Source of the DNA: Longimicrobiales bacterium
Lineage (GTDB): Bacteria > Gemmatimonadota > Gemmatimonadetes > Longimicrobiales > Gaopeijiaceae
Direction of reading: 5' to 3'
NCBI GenBank assembly: GCA_965248195.1
Contig: CBDFIQ010000002.1
Coordinates: 2,080,001-2,144,000, forward strand
DNA: 64,000 bases
Part shown: positions 39,889 through 50,104 of the stretch, piece after piece
How positions within the stretch are numbered: position 1 is the stretch's first letter
Layout: every line of letters begins with the position of its first letter
The notes under the pieces: generated by a model
What the model was told of the DNA's origin: nothing
The model's input: the letters and a program-made list of their open reading frames with translations, nothing else
The model's database searches: none
Made by a program: the position numbers and the translations under genes

Positions 39889-40701
39889 GTGGGTAGGGTC
39901 CGATCTCCATTCTCGCTTCTTTTCCTCTTGATCGCAGCGGGCCTTCTGATGACCTGGCTTCAGAATCGTGCGCCCGTGTCGGCCGCCAGCCGCACGGACT
40001 TGGCGTTTCGCCCGGTGGAGGCCTGCCCCAAAGTGATGTGGAAAATCTGCGGCGAAAGCGTGACGGTCCAACACGCCAGCGATGAAGTGGCCCTCAGCTC
40101 AGCCTCGGTGTGTGTTGACGTGGGATATCTCTGCGCCGAACTGGAAACCTTGGGTTCCCAGCGAATCCTTCGGTGGCCGGAGGACACAGGCCGCCTCCGG
40201 ATCCGGGTGCCTCCCCCCCGGGGAGTAGCCCCTGAGCGCGCCCGGGATCTTCAGAGCGCCGCAGTGCGCGGAATACAGTACTGGCACCGGCGCCCCTTCG
40301 AACTCGTGATCGACACCCACCCCACTTCCACCGCCCGAGCCGACATAGAGATCTCGTGGGGAGAGGGTCTCACCGGGTCTCAACTCGGCGTCACTCGGGT
40401 TCGGTGGAGCTTCGAAAAGGGTGAGCCGAGGTTTGAGGTCCAAGGGCTCGCACTTGCCATGCGCAGCCCAACGGGCCGGAGGAAGGAACTGGCTCCACAG
40501 CAGGTGCTACTCACGGCGGCCCATGAGATGGGACACGCCCTCGGACTGCCGCACAGTGATTCGGAGCGCGACGTCATGTATCCTACGAACACTGCCCGCA
40601 GCCTCTCCAACCGCGACTTTCGTACCGTCGATGCACTCTACCGTCTGCCGAACGGAGCTGTGATAGAAAAAACCCATTGGCCCGGCAGGGCCGATCGCTA
40701 A
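39889..40701 (+). CDS. Matrixin-family (metzincin) metalloprotease with N-terminal anchor
   Basis: HEMGHALGLPHS with downstream Met-turn (DVMYP). Confidence 0.85.
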   Translation: MGRVRSPFSLLFLLIAAGLLMTWLQNRAPVSAASRTDLAFRPVEACPKVMWKICGESVTVQHASDEVALSSASVCVDVGYLCAELETLGSQRILRWPEDTGRLRIRVPPPRGVAPERARDLQSAAVRGIQYWHRRPFELVIDTHPTSTARADIEISWGEGLTGSQLGVTRVRWSFEKGEPRFEVQGLALAMRSPTGRRKELAPQQVLLTAAHEMGHALGLPHSDSERDVMYPTNTARSLSNRDFRTVDALYRLPNGAVIEKTHWPGRADR

Positions 40702-40707
40702 GCGCGA

Positions 40708-42069
40708 TCACTTCTCTCGGTTGAGACCGTATTTTTCAATTTTTTTGTAGAGGTTCGACCGCGGCATATCGATCTGGCGGGCGGTCTCGCTCACATTCCA
40801 GTCGTTTACGCGAAGCTTGTGCGCGATATACGCCATCTCGGCGTTCTCCTTGAACTCGCTGAAGGCCTCCACGTTGAGGAGAGCACTGCCTAGAGTGTCA
40901 CCGCTGGCGGTACCGGCAACCAGAGCGTCCACATCCTCCGCACGAACCACCTCGCCCGGCGAAAGAATCAAGAGCCGTTCTACCGTGTTCCGGAGTTCAC
41001 GAACGTTTCCGGGCCAATCGAGCTCCTCGAGCCGTGCCATCGCTCCGTCCTCGATCGTCTTGGGCGGTCCATGGTTCGATCGAACGGCCTGGGAGACGAA
41101 ATACGTGACCAGGGGGCGAACGTCCTCGCGTCGTTCACGCAGTGGGGGCACGACGATCGGGACCACGTTGAGCCTGTAAAAAAGATCCTCACGAAACCGG
41201 CCTTCGGCGATCTCCTTCGACAAGTCCTTGTTCGTCGCGGTGAACACGCGGACGTCTACGGTAATGGCCTTCGAGCCCCCCACCCGCGTAACAACCCCTT
41301 CTTCGAGCGCCCTCAGAACCTTGGCCTGAGCATCCAAAGACATGTCGCCGACTTCATCGAGAAAGAGCGTTCCATCTTGAGCTTGCTCGAACTTGCCGGC
41401 ATGGTCGGCGACTGCCCCGGTGAATGATCCCTTCATGTGGCCGAACAGCTCCGACTCGATCAGCTCAGAGGGGATCGCGGCGCAGTTGACGTCGATGAAG
41501 GGCCCCTCGCGCCTTGACGAAGCGTGATGGAGGGCACGAGCGACGAGCTCCTTTCCCGTGCCGTTCCCACCGGTGATGAGCACTCGCGCATCCGTAGGTG
41601 CGACCCTATCGACGCGCTCCATGACATCGCGCATCGCCTGTGACGAACCAACGATCTCGTGGCGCGTGCCGACCTCGCTTCGGAGCAACTGAACGCTCTC
41701 GGTGAGCCCCCGGAACTCCAGCGCGTTCCGGAGAGTCACGAGCAGCCGGCCCGTATCCAGAGGCTTCTCGAGAAAATCGAACGCTCCTTTTTGCGTCGCC
41801 TCGACCGCGGTATCGATCGTCCCGTGACCGCTGATCATGACCACGCAGGCATTCGCGTCGAGTTTGCGGATCCGTGAAAGCACCTCCAGGCCGTCGAGCC
41901 CTGACATTTTCACGTCCAGGAACGTGATGTGCGGGCGGAAGGCCTCGAAAGACTCCAAAGCCTCCGGCCCGTCTTCCGCGGTCACCACCTCGTGGTCCTC
42001 GTATTCGAAGACCTGCCTCAATGCACCGCGGATCGATTCTTCGTCATCGACGATCAGAATTCGGGGCAT
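40708..42069 (-). CDS. Sigma54-interacting response regulator (NtrX/NtrC family)
   Basis: Receiver domain, GGNGTGKE, ESELFGH, GSFTGA, LFLDEVG, WPGNVREL, C-terminal Fis HTH. Confidence 0.93.
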   Translation of the reverse strand: MPRILIVDDEESIRGALRQVFEYEDHEVVTAEDGPEALESFEAFRPHITFLDVKMSGLDGLEVLSRIRKLDANACVVMISGHGTIDTAVEATQKGAFDFLEKPLDTGRLLVTLRNALEFRGLTESVQLLRSEVGTRHEIVGSSQAMRDVMERVDRVAPTDARVLITGGNGTGKELVARALHHASSRREGPFIDVNCAAIPSELIESELFGHMKGSFTGAVADHAGKFEQAQDGTLFLDEVGDMSLDAQAKVLRALEEGVVTRVGGSKAITVDVRVFTATNKDLSKEIAEGRFREDLFYRLNVVPIVVPPLRERREDVRPLVTYFVSQAVRSNHGPPKTIEDGAMARLEELDWPGNVRELRNTVERLLILSPGEVVRAEDVDALVAGTASGDTLGSALLNVEAFSEFKENAEMAYIAHKLRVNDWNVSETARQIDMPRSNLYKKIEKYGLNREK

Positions 42070-42091
42070 TCTTTCACCGTGAACGGGGAAT

Positions 42092-42757
42092 TCAACCGTC
42101 CCGCACCAGGATCAGGCGGTCGCGGAGCACATGGGCCGACCCTACCCCATCGGGTAGTCGAAATGCCAGCGCATCCTCGGGGAGCCCGGCGGTGCTCCTT
42201 CTGCCCAGGGCCGTCAAAATCTTGGGGGTCATTCCGTCGGGGAGCGGCACCGGAATGAAGGAGGCACGCACGCCATGTACGACGAGCGCAACCCCATCTT
42301 GCCCTAGCGGAGCAAGGGCACCTTCAACCGAGATGGAAACCGTGTCGGGAAGGAAGCCCCGTATCCCATCCAGGGTAGGCAACCCGGGAAAGGCCTCGAC
42401 CGCGATCCGGGCGGTCAGCGTCACGACACCATCTTGAAACTCCACGGCCGGACCCGAAACGCCCCCCGGGACCATCCCGGGGGCCGAATACCGAAGCACG
42501 GAAGCGACCTCCGCAGCGCTGAGACTAAGTTGATCCCCACCCTCTCCGCGGCTAAAGCGTTCGAAGCGATCCAGGGCGGCTTCAGCCAACTCCGGGGACG
42601 GCAAGACCTCCACCGTCCCCTCCTCTTCGGCGAACCAACCCTGCACCCTCGGGAACACCGCCGGCCCCCACCTCCACCCCGCAAAGGCGGCAACGATGAG
42701 CAAGCCCAAGAGCCACACCCTGCCCAGGCACCCCTTGAGACAACCCCTTCCGACCAC
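42092..42757 (-). CDS. Hypothetical membrane-anchored protein
   Basis: N-terminal GCLKGCLG plus TM helix; tightly packed between thpR and the regulator. Confidence 0.65.
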   Translation of the reverse strand: MVGRGCLKGCLGRVWLLGLLIVAAFAGWRWGPAVFPRVQGWFAEEEGTVEVLPSPELAEAALDRFERFSRGEGGDQLSLSAAEVASVLRYSAPGMVPGGVSGPAVEFQDGVVTLTARIAVEAFPGLPTLDGIRGFLPDTVSISVEGALAPLGQDGVALVVHGVRASFIPVPLPDGMTPKILTALGRRSTAGLPEDALAFRLPDGVGSAHVLRDRLILVRDG

Positions 42758-42760
42758 GGC

Positions 42761-43324
42761 TCAGCCCTCGAAAGAGGTACTGTGCTGCAGGGTATACCGA
42801 GCGGCCCCGCTCTTGGACAGTTGACTGCGCATCAAATCGAGCTTGCGGACCTTCACCTGGCCTTGGTAGGTCAAACTTGCGGCCTTGTCATCCAGACCGC
42901 GGAAGGCTCCGGCGCCACCCTTAGCATCCGCTCGTCCAAGCGTGAGATGTGGATGGAACGCCCTTGTTTCCCGCTCGAAGCCGCAACCCATGAGAGCCCA
43001 TTCGACATCCTGTTTCAAACAGCGCAGAGCGGGGCTCGGTTCGATGCCCACCCAGATCACCTGCGGGCGGCGGATGGTCGGAAAGGCGCCAAAACCCTCT
43101 ACGGCCAGATCGAGCTTTACCGTCGTCGAGGCCACATGATTGAGGGCATCCTGCACCCCATCCATACGGTCCTCCGGGACCTCGCCGAGAAACTTCAGGG
43201 TCACATGGTAGTGCGCCGGCTCCACCCAACGCACGGGAAGCTCACATTCCCGTAGGATCTTGGAAACCCGGTAGATTCGGTCGCGCTCCTTCTTGGGGAG
43301 GTTCAGCGCAACGAATAGACGCAT
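42761..43324 (-). CDS. thpR: RNA 2',3'-cyclic phosphodiesterase (2H family)
   Basis: MRLFVAL start and two HxT motifs (HVTLKFLG, FHPHLTLGR). Confidence 0.92.
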   Translation of the reverse strand: MRLFVALNLPKKERDRIYRVSKILRECELPVRWVEPAHYHVTLKFLGEVPEDRMDGVQDALNHVASTTVKLDLAVEGFGAFPTIRRPQVIWVGIEPSPALRCLKQDVEWALMGCGFERETRAFHPHLTLGRADAKGGAGAFRGLDDKAASLTYQGQVKVRKLDLMRSQLSKSGAARYTLQHSTSFEG

Positions 43325-43482
43325 GGCCGAGATGGTGGAACCGAGGAAGGGGTCGAGCTCGACCCGGACGATCTTGCGGCGGTGTCGGCGAAGCCCGGAA
43401 AATACATGGCCAAAAGCTACCGGGATGGGGCGTAGCGTACAACCGGGCACGTCGCTTGGACATGCCCGCGAACGGCTTATGG

Positions 43483-44490
43483 TTAGCCTCGCCCCTCCAC
43501 CCACTCCCCATGAAGCCGGGATGGGTCGCCGGCGGAGCCCTGGTCCTGCCCGACGCCGACGATTCGCTGGGTCGGGTAGGCCAACTCGATGTCCGGCTCG
43601 TTTGACACGATGTCGAGAACACCCTCCCAGAGCGTCTCGTGGAAGGCCCTGCGCCGCCGCGGATCCGTGAGAAACCGCATCGACAAGCAGATCCCGTGGT
43701 CCAGCACCGAGGTATACACGGTCGACGTCACCGTGGCGTATGAAATCAACATCCGGCTCGGTCTCTTACGTAAGAATTCAGCCGCCCTATGGCTCGCCTC
43801 TAGACTCGCGTCGCTCACCATCTCCAGCAACAGCACTTTGGCCCTCCGCCAATCGCTCTCGAACGTGATCACAACGGGCACCTCATGCCACAAGAACGGG
43901 AACTCGGACGTATAGTTCGCGATCGGATCCGTCAGGATGTTCGCGTTCGGGATCCGAATCAGCCGTCCCGTGCTTTGGTCGCTATCCACCCAGTTGCCGA
44001 TCTCGAGCATATGGAAATTCAGAACCGATATGTCCACCACGTCGCCCGAATGGGAGCCGATCTGGATGCGGTCGCCCAGCTCGAAAGGCGGCTTGGTGAT
44101 CAAGATCAACCAGCCAGCCACATTCACGAGGACGTCTTTGAGCGCGATCGCCACACCGGCAGAAACCAACCCCAGGAAGGTCCCGACTTGCGACAAGCCG
44201 TCGACCCAGATGGCGACGGTGAAAAGCGTGGCGAGTCCCGTGGTGACGTAGGCGATCGTCTTCCCCCACCGGTACTGCACCACACGATTTGCCACCGTCC
44301 GGGAAATGATCTGCCGGCCGAGCCTGCGGATGAGCCACGCGCCGAATATTACACCGGCCGTGAGCCCGATTTCTCGCCACGGCAGGGTGTCGAACACGGA
44401 AATCCCTTGTAGAAGGCCCGTCCCCTGCATGAGCGTGCTGGAAAGCACGGCCCCGGTAGGTAAGACGAACGAGAATCCCAGCGTGATCAT
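43483..44490 (-). CDS. Small-conductance mechanosensitive channel (MscS family)
   Basis: GLVSAGVAIALKDVLVN, PFELGDRIQIG..GDVVDI, IPNANI. Confidence 0.88.
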   Translation of the reverse strand: MITLGFSFVLPTGAVLSSTLMQGTGLLQGISVFDTLPWREIGLTAGVIFGAWLIRRLGRQIISRTVANRVVQYRWGKTIAYVTTGLATLFTVAIWVDGLSQVGTFLGLVSAGVAIALKDVLVNVAGWLILITKPPFELGDRIQIGSHSGDVVDISVLNFHMLEIGNWVDSDQSTGRLIRIPNANILTDPIANYTSEFPFLWHEVPVVITFESDWRRAKVLLLEMVSDASLEASHRAAEFLRKRPSRMLISYATVTSTVYTSVLDHGICLSMRFLTDPRRRRAFHETLWEGVLDIVSNEPDIELAYPTQRIVGVGQDQGSAGDPSRLHGEWVEGRG

Positions 44491-44678
44491 AGCCCCTTTG
44501 AAACCTGTCGTGCCCGCCGAATAGTGGCTGCTGAGTCGTGCCTGCCGAGCACGGCTCAGAGGGGCTCACGCGCGTCAACTCCGGCGGGAAGAATGACGAA
44601 ACCACATGATCGAGTGCCCTGTTCAAATCAGGTGATCATGCGTCGTAAATGCAAGGTTTTAAAACAGCTTTGCGTCCG

Positions 44679-45278
44679 TCAGCCGCGCGGGGCCGATAGC
44701 CCTAGTTGGCTCATGACGAACGTCCGTACCCCCTCCAAGCTGCTAGAGATTGAGACGCTGTCCGGCAACCGGGGGATCTCCTGATCCGATTCGACAAAAG
44801 CTATGACCGGTCGCTCGTACCTGACCGCGAGCCTGATTTCGCTAAGGGTCCCTGCATCTCCAGGCAGTGCCACGATTACGTCCGAGGAGAGGACGTTGAT
44901 ATGGTTTCGCGACATGGGCTCCGTGCCACGTTCACCACTCAAGGGAAGATGCGTCAGAACCGGAATCTCCACCCATTGGTTCGGATACCCGTCCTTTGGA
45001 TTCGGACCCCCACCCTTCGATTCCTCCGGCGACTCATCGCAAGGAAGAACGCCGATGACCAGCCCCTGGCGGTTGGGCGTGTCATAGAACGACTTACTGA
45101 CCGCCGCCATTACACCGCCTCCGCCTCCGGTCAGCAGGTGAACTCCACACCCTGCCAACCAGCGACCCAAAGCTGAAGCGCGCTCCAGATAGGGCCTGCT
45201 ACCGGATCCCATCACTCCGACGATGGGAAGGCGGATCACGGGAGGATCGTCCCCGCCGTCGACCGGGAGGATCACCAC
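44679..45278 (-). CDS. SLOG/LOG-family (Moco-carrier-like) nucleotide-binding protein
   Basis: VGVMGSG, LLTGGGGGVM, SRNHIN, ALPGDAGTLSEI; start may be GTG 45239. Confidence 0.8.
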   Translation of the reverse strand: MVILPVDGGDDPPVIRLPIVGVMGSGSRPYLERASALGRWLAGCGVHLLTGGGGGVMAAVSKSFYDTPNRQGLVIGVLPCDESPEESKGGGPNPKDGYPNQWVEIPVLTHLPLSGERGTEPMSRNHINVLSSDVIVALPGDAGTLSEIRLAVRYERPVIAFVESDQEIPRLPDSVSISSSLEGVRTFVMSQLGLSAPRG

Positions 45279-45369
45279 ACCGTCACCGGGAAATCACCAC
45301 GTTGTCAACCGGGACGATCACCACGCCTTCGACGAAGACGCGAAGCCTGCGGGTCAGACGGGCCATCTC

Positions 45370-48038
45370 CTAATTTCCCACCCGCTCCCTGAGCACCTCG
45401 AAGAAGTTCTGGACGACCACGTCTCGAACAACGGCGCCCGCGATCCCCCCCAATCGGCCTGCGAGCAGACGCCGATCGTCGGGTGAGATGTCAAAGTGGC
45501 GAGTGCTCCTCGGTGCGAGGAATCCCAGCGTGCTAGCGAACGGCACGCGCGACTCCACCGCGAAGTCGGGATCCGTGCGGACCGTCGCCACCACCCAAGA
45601 GTTGTCGGCGGACTGATAAACGATCTCTCGACCGTTGTGCGCCCAGACCGGGCCAGTCCCCCCGTCAACGGAAACAGGGCTGACGCCCCCAGGGCCGGGG
45701 AAGGGCCGGACGTAGACTTCGTCCTGGCCGGACTCGTCGGATTGGTACGCCAGCCAGCGCCCGTCCGGCGAGAGGGATGGCACGGACTCCAGGAACGGTG
45801 TGTTCAGGATGGTTACAGCCGCACTGTCCGGGTGGGGGGCGGCGTAGTACAGGTCGCCACCGAGCGCGGTTTCGCCTGGGGTCTGAGCCTCGTACACGAG
45901 CCACCGCGCGTTCGGCGTCCAGAGGGCTTCGAAAATCTCAGCGCCCGATCCGGCACGAAGGAGCCGTGCTTCCCCACTCCGGTCCCAGGCCCGAGCGTAC
46001 ACCGCTCGCTCGCCATCCCGGTCGGAGAGGAACCCGACCTCAGCACCATCGGGGCTCCAAAACGGCCTCGTGTTCGTCCCCTCGAAAGTCAGTGGGGAAA
46101 ACGTCTCCTGATCGAGATCGTAGATCCAGATTTGCGACTCGGCGCTTCCCTCCGCCAAGTTTTGCATTGCTACTTTGCGCCCGTCGGGAGACACGCGAGG
46201 CACTTCGAACGCCCCGACCAACGTAGGATCCAGAACCTCCTCTGAGCCGTCTCGACCCACCCAAGTGGGTGTAAATTCCCCCGCGCCCCCTCCTCCGGGC
46301 CGGTACACCAACACCCCCGTCTCCGAGAGCGCGAAGTAACCGGCCGAGCCATTGTTGACCAGGATCCCCTCCAGGAGAGTCCGGCTCGGACCCGTGACCT
46401 CGAGCCGGTCGATGTCGAAGGGGGCCGCGAAGAGCGTCCCCTCTCCCGATGTATAGACGATGTGGCCCGAGTGGGCGTACCTCGCCATGGCGCCCTGGAA
46501 CAGCGTGGTGATCCGTCCGGTCTCGAGCGACAGGACCGAGATCGAGTCCGTGGTGGGTGTTCCGATGTCTCTCGTGAAGAGGACCCCCTTGCCGTTGGGC
46601 AGCACGTCCGGCCAGAGTTGGGCCTCTTCCCCCGGTTCGAGGCCGGTGACCGATTCCGATTCACCTCCGTTTGCGGACACGCGCCAGAGTCTCCCACGAC
46701 CAGCGTACCTGAAGTAGAGCATCCCATCCGGGCCCCACGCGAGTCCTGAGCTTGCTACCGCCTCGGAGACGAGGGTCAAGGGCGGAGCGCCGCCGAGCGA
46801 GACGGTCGTGAGGCTGCCGCCGCCCGTGAACGCGATGGACTCGCCATCCGGCGAGAAGCGCGGGTTTCGGGCGCTTGCCGTGCCGGCGATTGGGACGGGG
46901 GCGAGCTGGTCCAGCGGTCGCAGCCAGAGCTGCCGCCCCCCAGCGGCCGAGATTCCCACAAAAACGACGCGTGATCCGTCGGGGGATATCGTCAAGCTCA
47001 GGTTCCCGTTCCCGCCGAAGAGCCCGAGGCCGTCCGGCACGTTCAACTCGAAGCGCACGACCGGCGTCGGCGTGTCGGGGCGGAGGAGCGACCAGCCGAA
47101 GCCCAAGGTGGAGACAAGCGCCAGTGCGGCCAGGGCCATCGACAACGTTTTCCACGAACCTGCCCCTTCACCAGCGGCCGCCCCCGCGGGCTCCCCATAT
47201 CGGAATCCCGGATCGGCCAACGCCCTCACGAAGTCCTGAACTCCCGTGAACCTGTCCGCGGGCAGCTTCTCCAGGGCACAACGGACCGCCGCATCCACAT
47301 TGGGCGGGACCGAGGGCCGATGTTTGGCCGCTGACACCAGCTCACCCGCGATGATCTTGCCCAGCACCGCCTGCGCAGTCGTTCCCGGATAAGGCGGTTC
47401 ACCTACCAGCATCTCGTACAGCACGGAGCCCAGCGCGTAGGTGTCGGTGGAAGCTCCCACGGCCTGATCGCCCGTCGCCTGCTCGGGGGACATGTAGTGT
47501 GGAGTCCCGAGACTCAGGCCCGTTTCCGTTAAACGTCCTCCTCCAGCTGCCCCAACCGCCAACGCAATGCCGAAGTCCGAAACGACGGGCTTGCCTTCCA
47601 GCATGAGGACGTTCTCAGGCTTGATGTCGCGGTGAATCACGCCTTGGCGGTGAGCATAGTCGAGCCCTCGGCCACGTCGGTGGCGATGTGGACAGCCTCA
47701 CTCACCGGAAGCTGATGCTCGCGCTCGAGCCGGTCCTTCAGTGTGTCACCTTCCACGTAGGGCATCACGTAGAAGAGGAAGCCGTCGGCCTCGCCGGAGT
47801 CGAAGAGCGGGAGGATATTGGGATGTTGGAGCTTGGCTGTGACCTCGATCTCGGCCAGGAAGCGCTCGGCCCCGACAACCACGGCCAATTCCGGCTTCAA
47901 GACCTTGAGCGCCACGTTCCGGTGGTGCTTCAGATCCTCGGCCAGGTACACCGTGGCCATCCCGCCCTCGCCGAGCTCATGCTTGATCGCGTAGCGGCCC
48001 TTGAGGGCGGCGTTCAGACGGGTGACGGCATCCGACAT
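45370..48038 (-). pseudogene. Frameshifted Hanks-type Ser/Thr kinase - TM - TolB-like beta-propeller gene (or a sequencing error)
   Basis: N-part from ATG 48038 (LGEGGMATVY, VALKVL); C-part HRDIKPEN, DFGIA, GTPHYMSPEQ and repeated SPDG blades; one base missing at GAG-GG-CTC-GAC-TAT-GCT-CAC (about 47665). Confidence 0.85.
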
Positions 48039-48102
48039 AGCAGACAAGATGTGTCTAACGCGTGTGGGGTTGCAAGCACCCCTGCCCCCGTCCCCGGCAG
48101 TT

Positions 48103-48126
48103 TCCCAGTTTCCGCGGAAACTGGGA
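48103..48126. repeat. Perfect 24-bp palindrome TCCCAGTTTCCGCGGAAACTGGGA
   Basis: Self-complementary; ends 6 bp from the HNH gene stop codon. Confidence 0.9.
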
Positions 48127-48132
48127 TTACTC

Positions 48133-49776
48133 TCAGGCCGCGTCCTCGAACAGCTCGCCCTTCTCCAACTCACCTTTCTCGGGCTCGTCGTCCTCCAGCT
48201 CGCATCGCCTAGGCTCGTCGTTCTCCGTCTCACCCTTCTCTAGCTGGTCATTCTCCAGCTCGTCGTTCTCCGGGTCGTCGTTCTCCCCCCCGCCCTCATT
48301 CGGCTCGCCCAAGGAAAGGACCGCTTCCAGCGCCGCGTACTCGATCTCCCACGGGATGTCGTGGTCACGCTTCCATTTTGGCATCCCGCTCCGCCCGTCG
48401 GGCGTGATCCCACGCTCTCGGTTTCGTCTCACGAGCTCTTCGAAGGGATCCGGAGGGTGCTCCGGTAGCTGCGGCAGTTCGGGCAGCGGTGTCAGCTCCG
48501 GCATCGGTGTCAGCTCCAGCATCTGCGGCACCTCCGACATCTGCGGCATCAGCGGCACCTCCGCGAATGCCCTCCCTTGCGGCGTGAAGAAGACGATCTG
48601 ACCGTCGGCACCGCTATAGACGCTGTATCCGTCCTCGTGCACCCTCCGGTGGTGTCGCCTGCAGAGCAGCACCATATTCGCCAGTACGGTCTCGCCGCCG
48701 TCCGCCCAGTGCACGATGTGATGCGCGTCGGTAAACCGGAGCCCACAGCCTGGGAACCGGCACCCGCGGTCCCTGGCCTCGAGCGCACGCCGCAGTGCCG
48801 ACGGCACGGTGCGGGTCCGACGGCCGACATCGAGCACGGAGCCGTCAGAGTCGCTCTGTACTTCGACTCGGCCGGCGTCGCACGCGAGTCTCCGGGCAGT
48901 TTCCGCGGAAACTCGCGTGCCGTCTTCGAACTCGGACATGCCGGGCTCGACTTGCTCGGCAAGCGTCTCCGGCTCGACGTGCAGCATGACCTGATAGCGC
49001 TCCGGCCGGGAGCCCGAGATAGGCGCTGCGTTCCCGCCGAAGCCCGCCGCGAGGGCCCGCTCGGCCAAGAGCCCCACCGCGTCGGCTCGCAGCTGCTGGG
49101 GCTCCGCCCGCTCGCCGTCGTCCTTGGCTGACTCGGCGAAGAGCGCGTCGCTCGCCGCCTCGACCGCCCGCATGAGCACGGTCGCGACCTCCGGGGTCAA
49201 CCGTCCCTTCACGACGTACATCCCGTCCTCGTCGGGGAAGACCGAGAAACGGCGGCCGCGATGCCTGATTCGCTCCGCCCGCTGCTCGTCGGAGCGGCCG
49301 AGCGTCTTCCAGCTCCGGACCAGCCGCTCCAGGTTCGCGGCCGAGCCGGCACGGGCGAACTCCAGCAGCTCGGACTCATTGTCGGCCGTGGCCGCACGGG
49401 TGAGCGACCGGACCTTCGAGTACGAGATTTCTCCCCGGGCCATCGCGTCTGAGATGAGCGGAAGGCCTTCGAGCGCCCGTGCGGCCCGGACCTTCTCGTT
49501 CGCCGTGTTCCTCGTGATGCCGATCCGCCACGCCAGCCACTCGGCACACGAGCCGAAGTCCTCTTCCGCCCAGTCGCAATGGCGGTCCGACTTCGCGAGC
49601 GCCCTCAGGAACTCGCGAGTCGTGGCCGTGATCTCACCGTAGAGCACCGCGACACGGTCCATGCGGTCCTGGCGCACGTCGGACTCGAGTCCGGCCCGAT
49701 CCATCGTCTCCATCGTTTCCGTGGATTCCATCGTTTCCATGGTTCCCACTGTCTCCATCACCCCTCCCATCCCCAT
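48133..49776 (-). CDS. DUF222 / HNH endonuclease (13E12-repeat-like)
   Basis: N-terminal SCAEWLAWRIG, GEISYSKVR; VSAETARRLACDA; C-terminal RDRGCRFPGC...HHIVHWADGGET..NMVLLCRRHHRRVHE; start uncertain among several Met. Confidence 0.9.
   Translation of the reverse strand: MGMGGVMETVGTMETMESTETMETMDRAGLESDVRQDRMDRVAVLYGEITATTREFLRALAKSDRHCDWAEEDFGSCAEWLAWRIGITRNTANEKVRAARALEGLPLISDAMARGEISYSKVRSLTRAATADNESELLEFARAGSAANLERLVRSWKTLGRSDEQRAERIRHRGRRFSVFPDEDGMYVVKGRLTPEVATVLMRAVEAASDALFAESAKDDGERAEPQQLRADAVGLLAERALAAGFGGNAAPISGSRPERYQVMLHVEPETLAEQVEPGMSEFEDGTRVSAETARRLACDAGRVEVQSDSDGSVLDVGRRTRTVPSALRRALEARDRGCRFPGCGLRFTDAHHIVHWADGGETVLANMVLLCRRHHRRVHEDGYSVYSGADGQIVFFTPQGRAFAEVPLMPQMSEVPQMLELTPMPELTPLPELPQLPEHPPDPFEELVRRNRERGITPDGRSGMPKWKRDHDIPWEIEYAALEAVLSLGEPNEGGGENDDPENDELENDQLEKGETENDEPRRCELEDDEPEKGELEKGELFEDAA
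48898..48913. repeat. Palindrome AGTTTCCGCGGAAACT inside the HNH gene (encodes VSAET)
   Basis: Self-complementary 16-mer; GCACGCGAGT (48880-48889) can also pair with ACTCGCGTGC (48911-48920). Confidence 0.9.
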
Positions 49777-49983
49777 TGGTTACAACGAGTTAGGTCACAA
49801 TATAACAGGGTGATTCTCGAGGCTCTGGGAGGCCGCTAGACTGAAAAAGGGGGGTTGGTAGACCTTCAAACGAGGCCTCGGGTCGCCACGCGGTTCCACG
49901 CCCAGCGACCGGCCTCAGGAGCGAAGCACGAGCCACGTCCCGGACCACCCCCAGAGCCCGTCCCCAGATCTGTCAATGGCTGA

Positions 49984-50071
49984 ATGGGACGGATCGATGT
50001 CTGGATGGGACGGATCGATGTCCGGGTGGGACGGACCCACGTCCGGATGGGAGGCATCGATCGCCGGATGG
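49984..50071. repeat. Four degenerate 21-bp tandem repeats
   Basis: ATGGGACGGATCGATGTCTGG / ATGGGACGGATCGATGTCCGG / GTGGGACGGACCCACGTCCGG / ATGGGAGGCATCGATCGCCGG. Confidence 0.85.
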
Positions 50072-50104
50072 TACCCGTCACCGCGGCGCGTCTCGTTTTC
50101 TGCT

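Noticed and set aside
49984..50071. 21-bp repeats near the HNH nuclease as a possible CRISPR array
   Set aside because: The units are directly adjacent with no unique spacers, are degenerate, and no cas genes are present.
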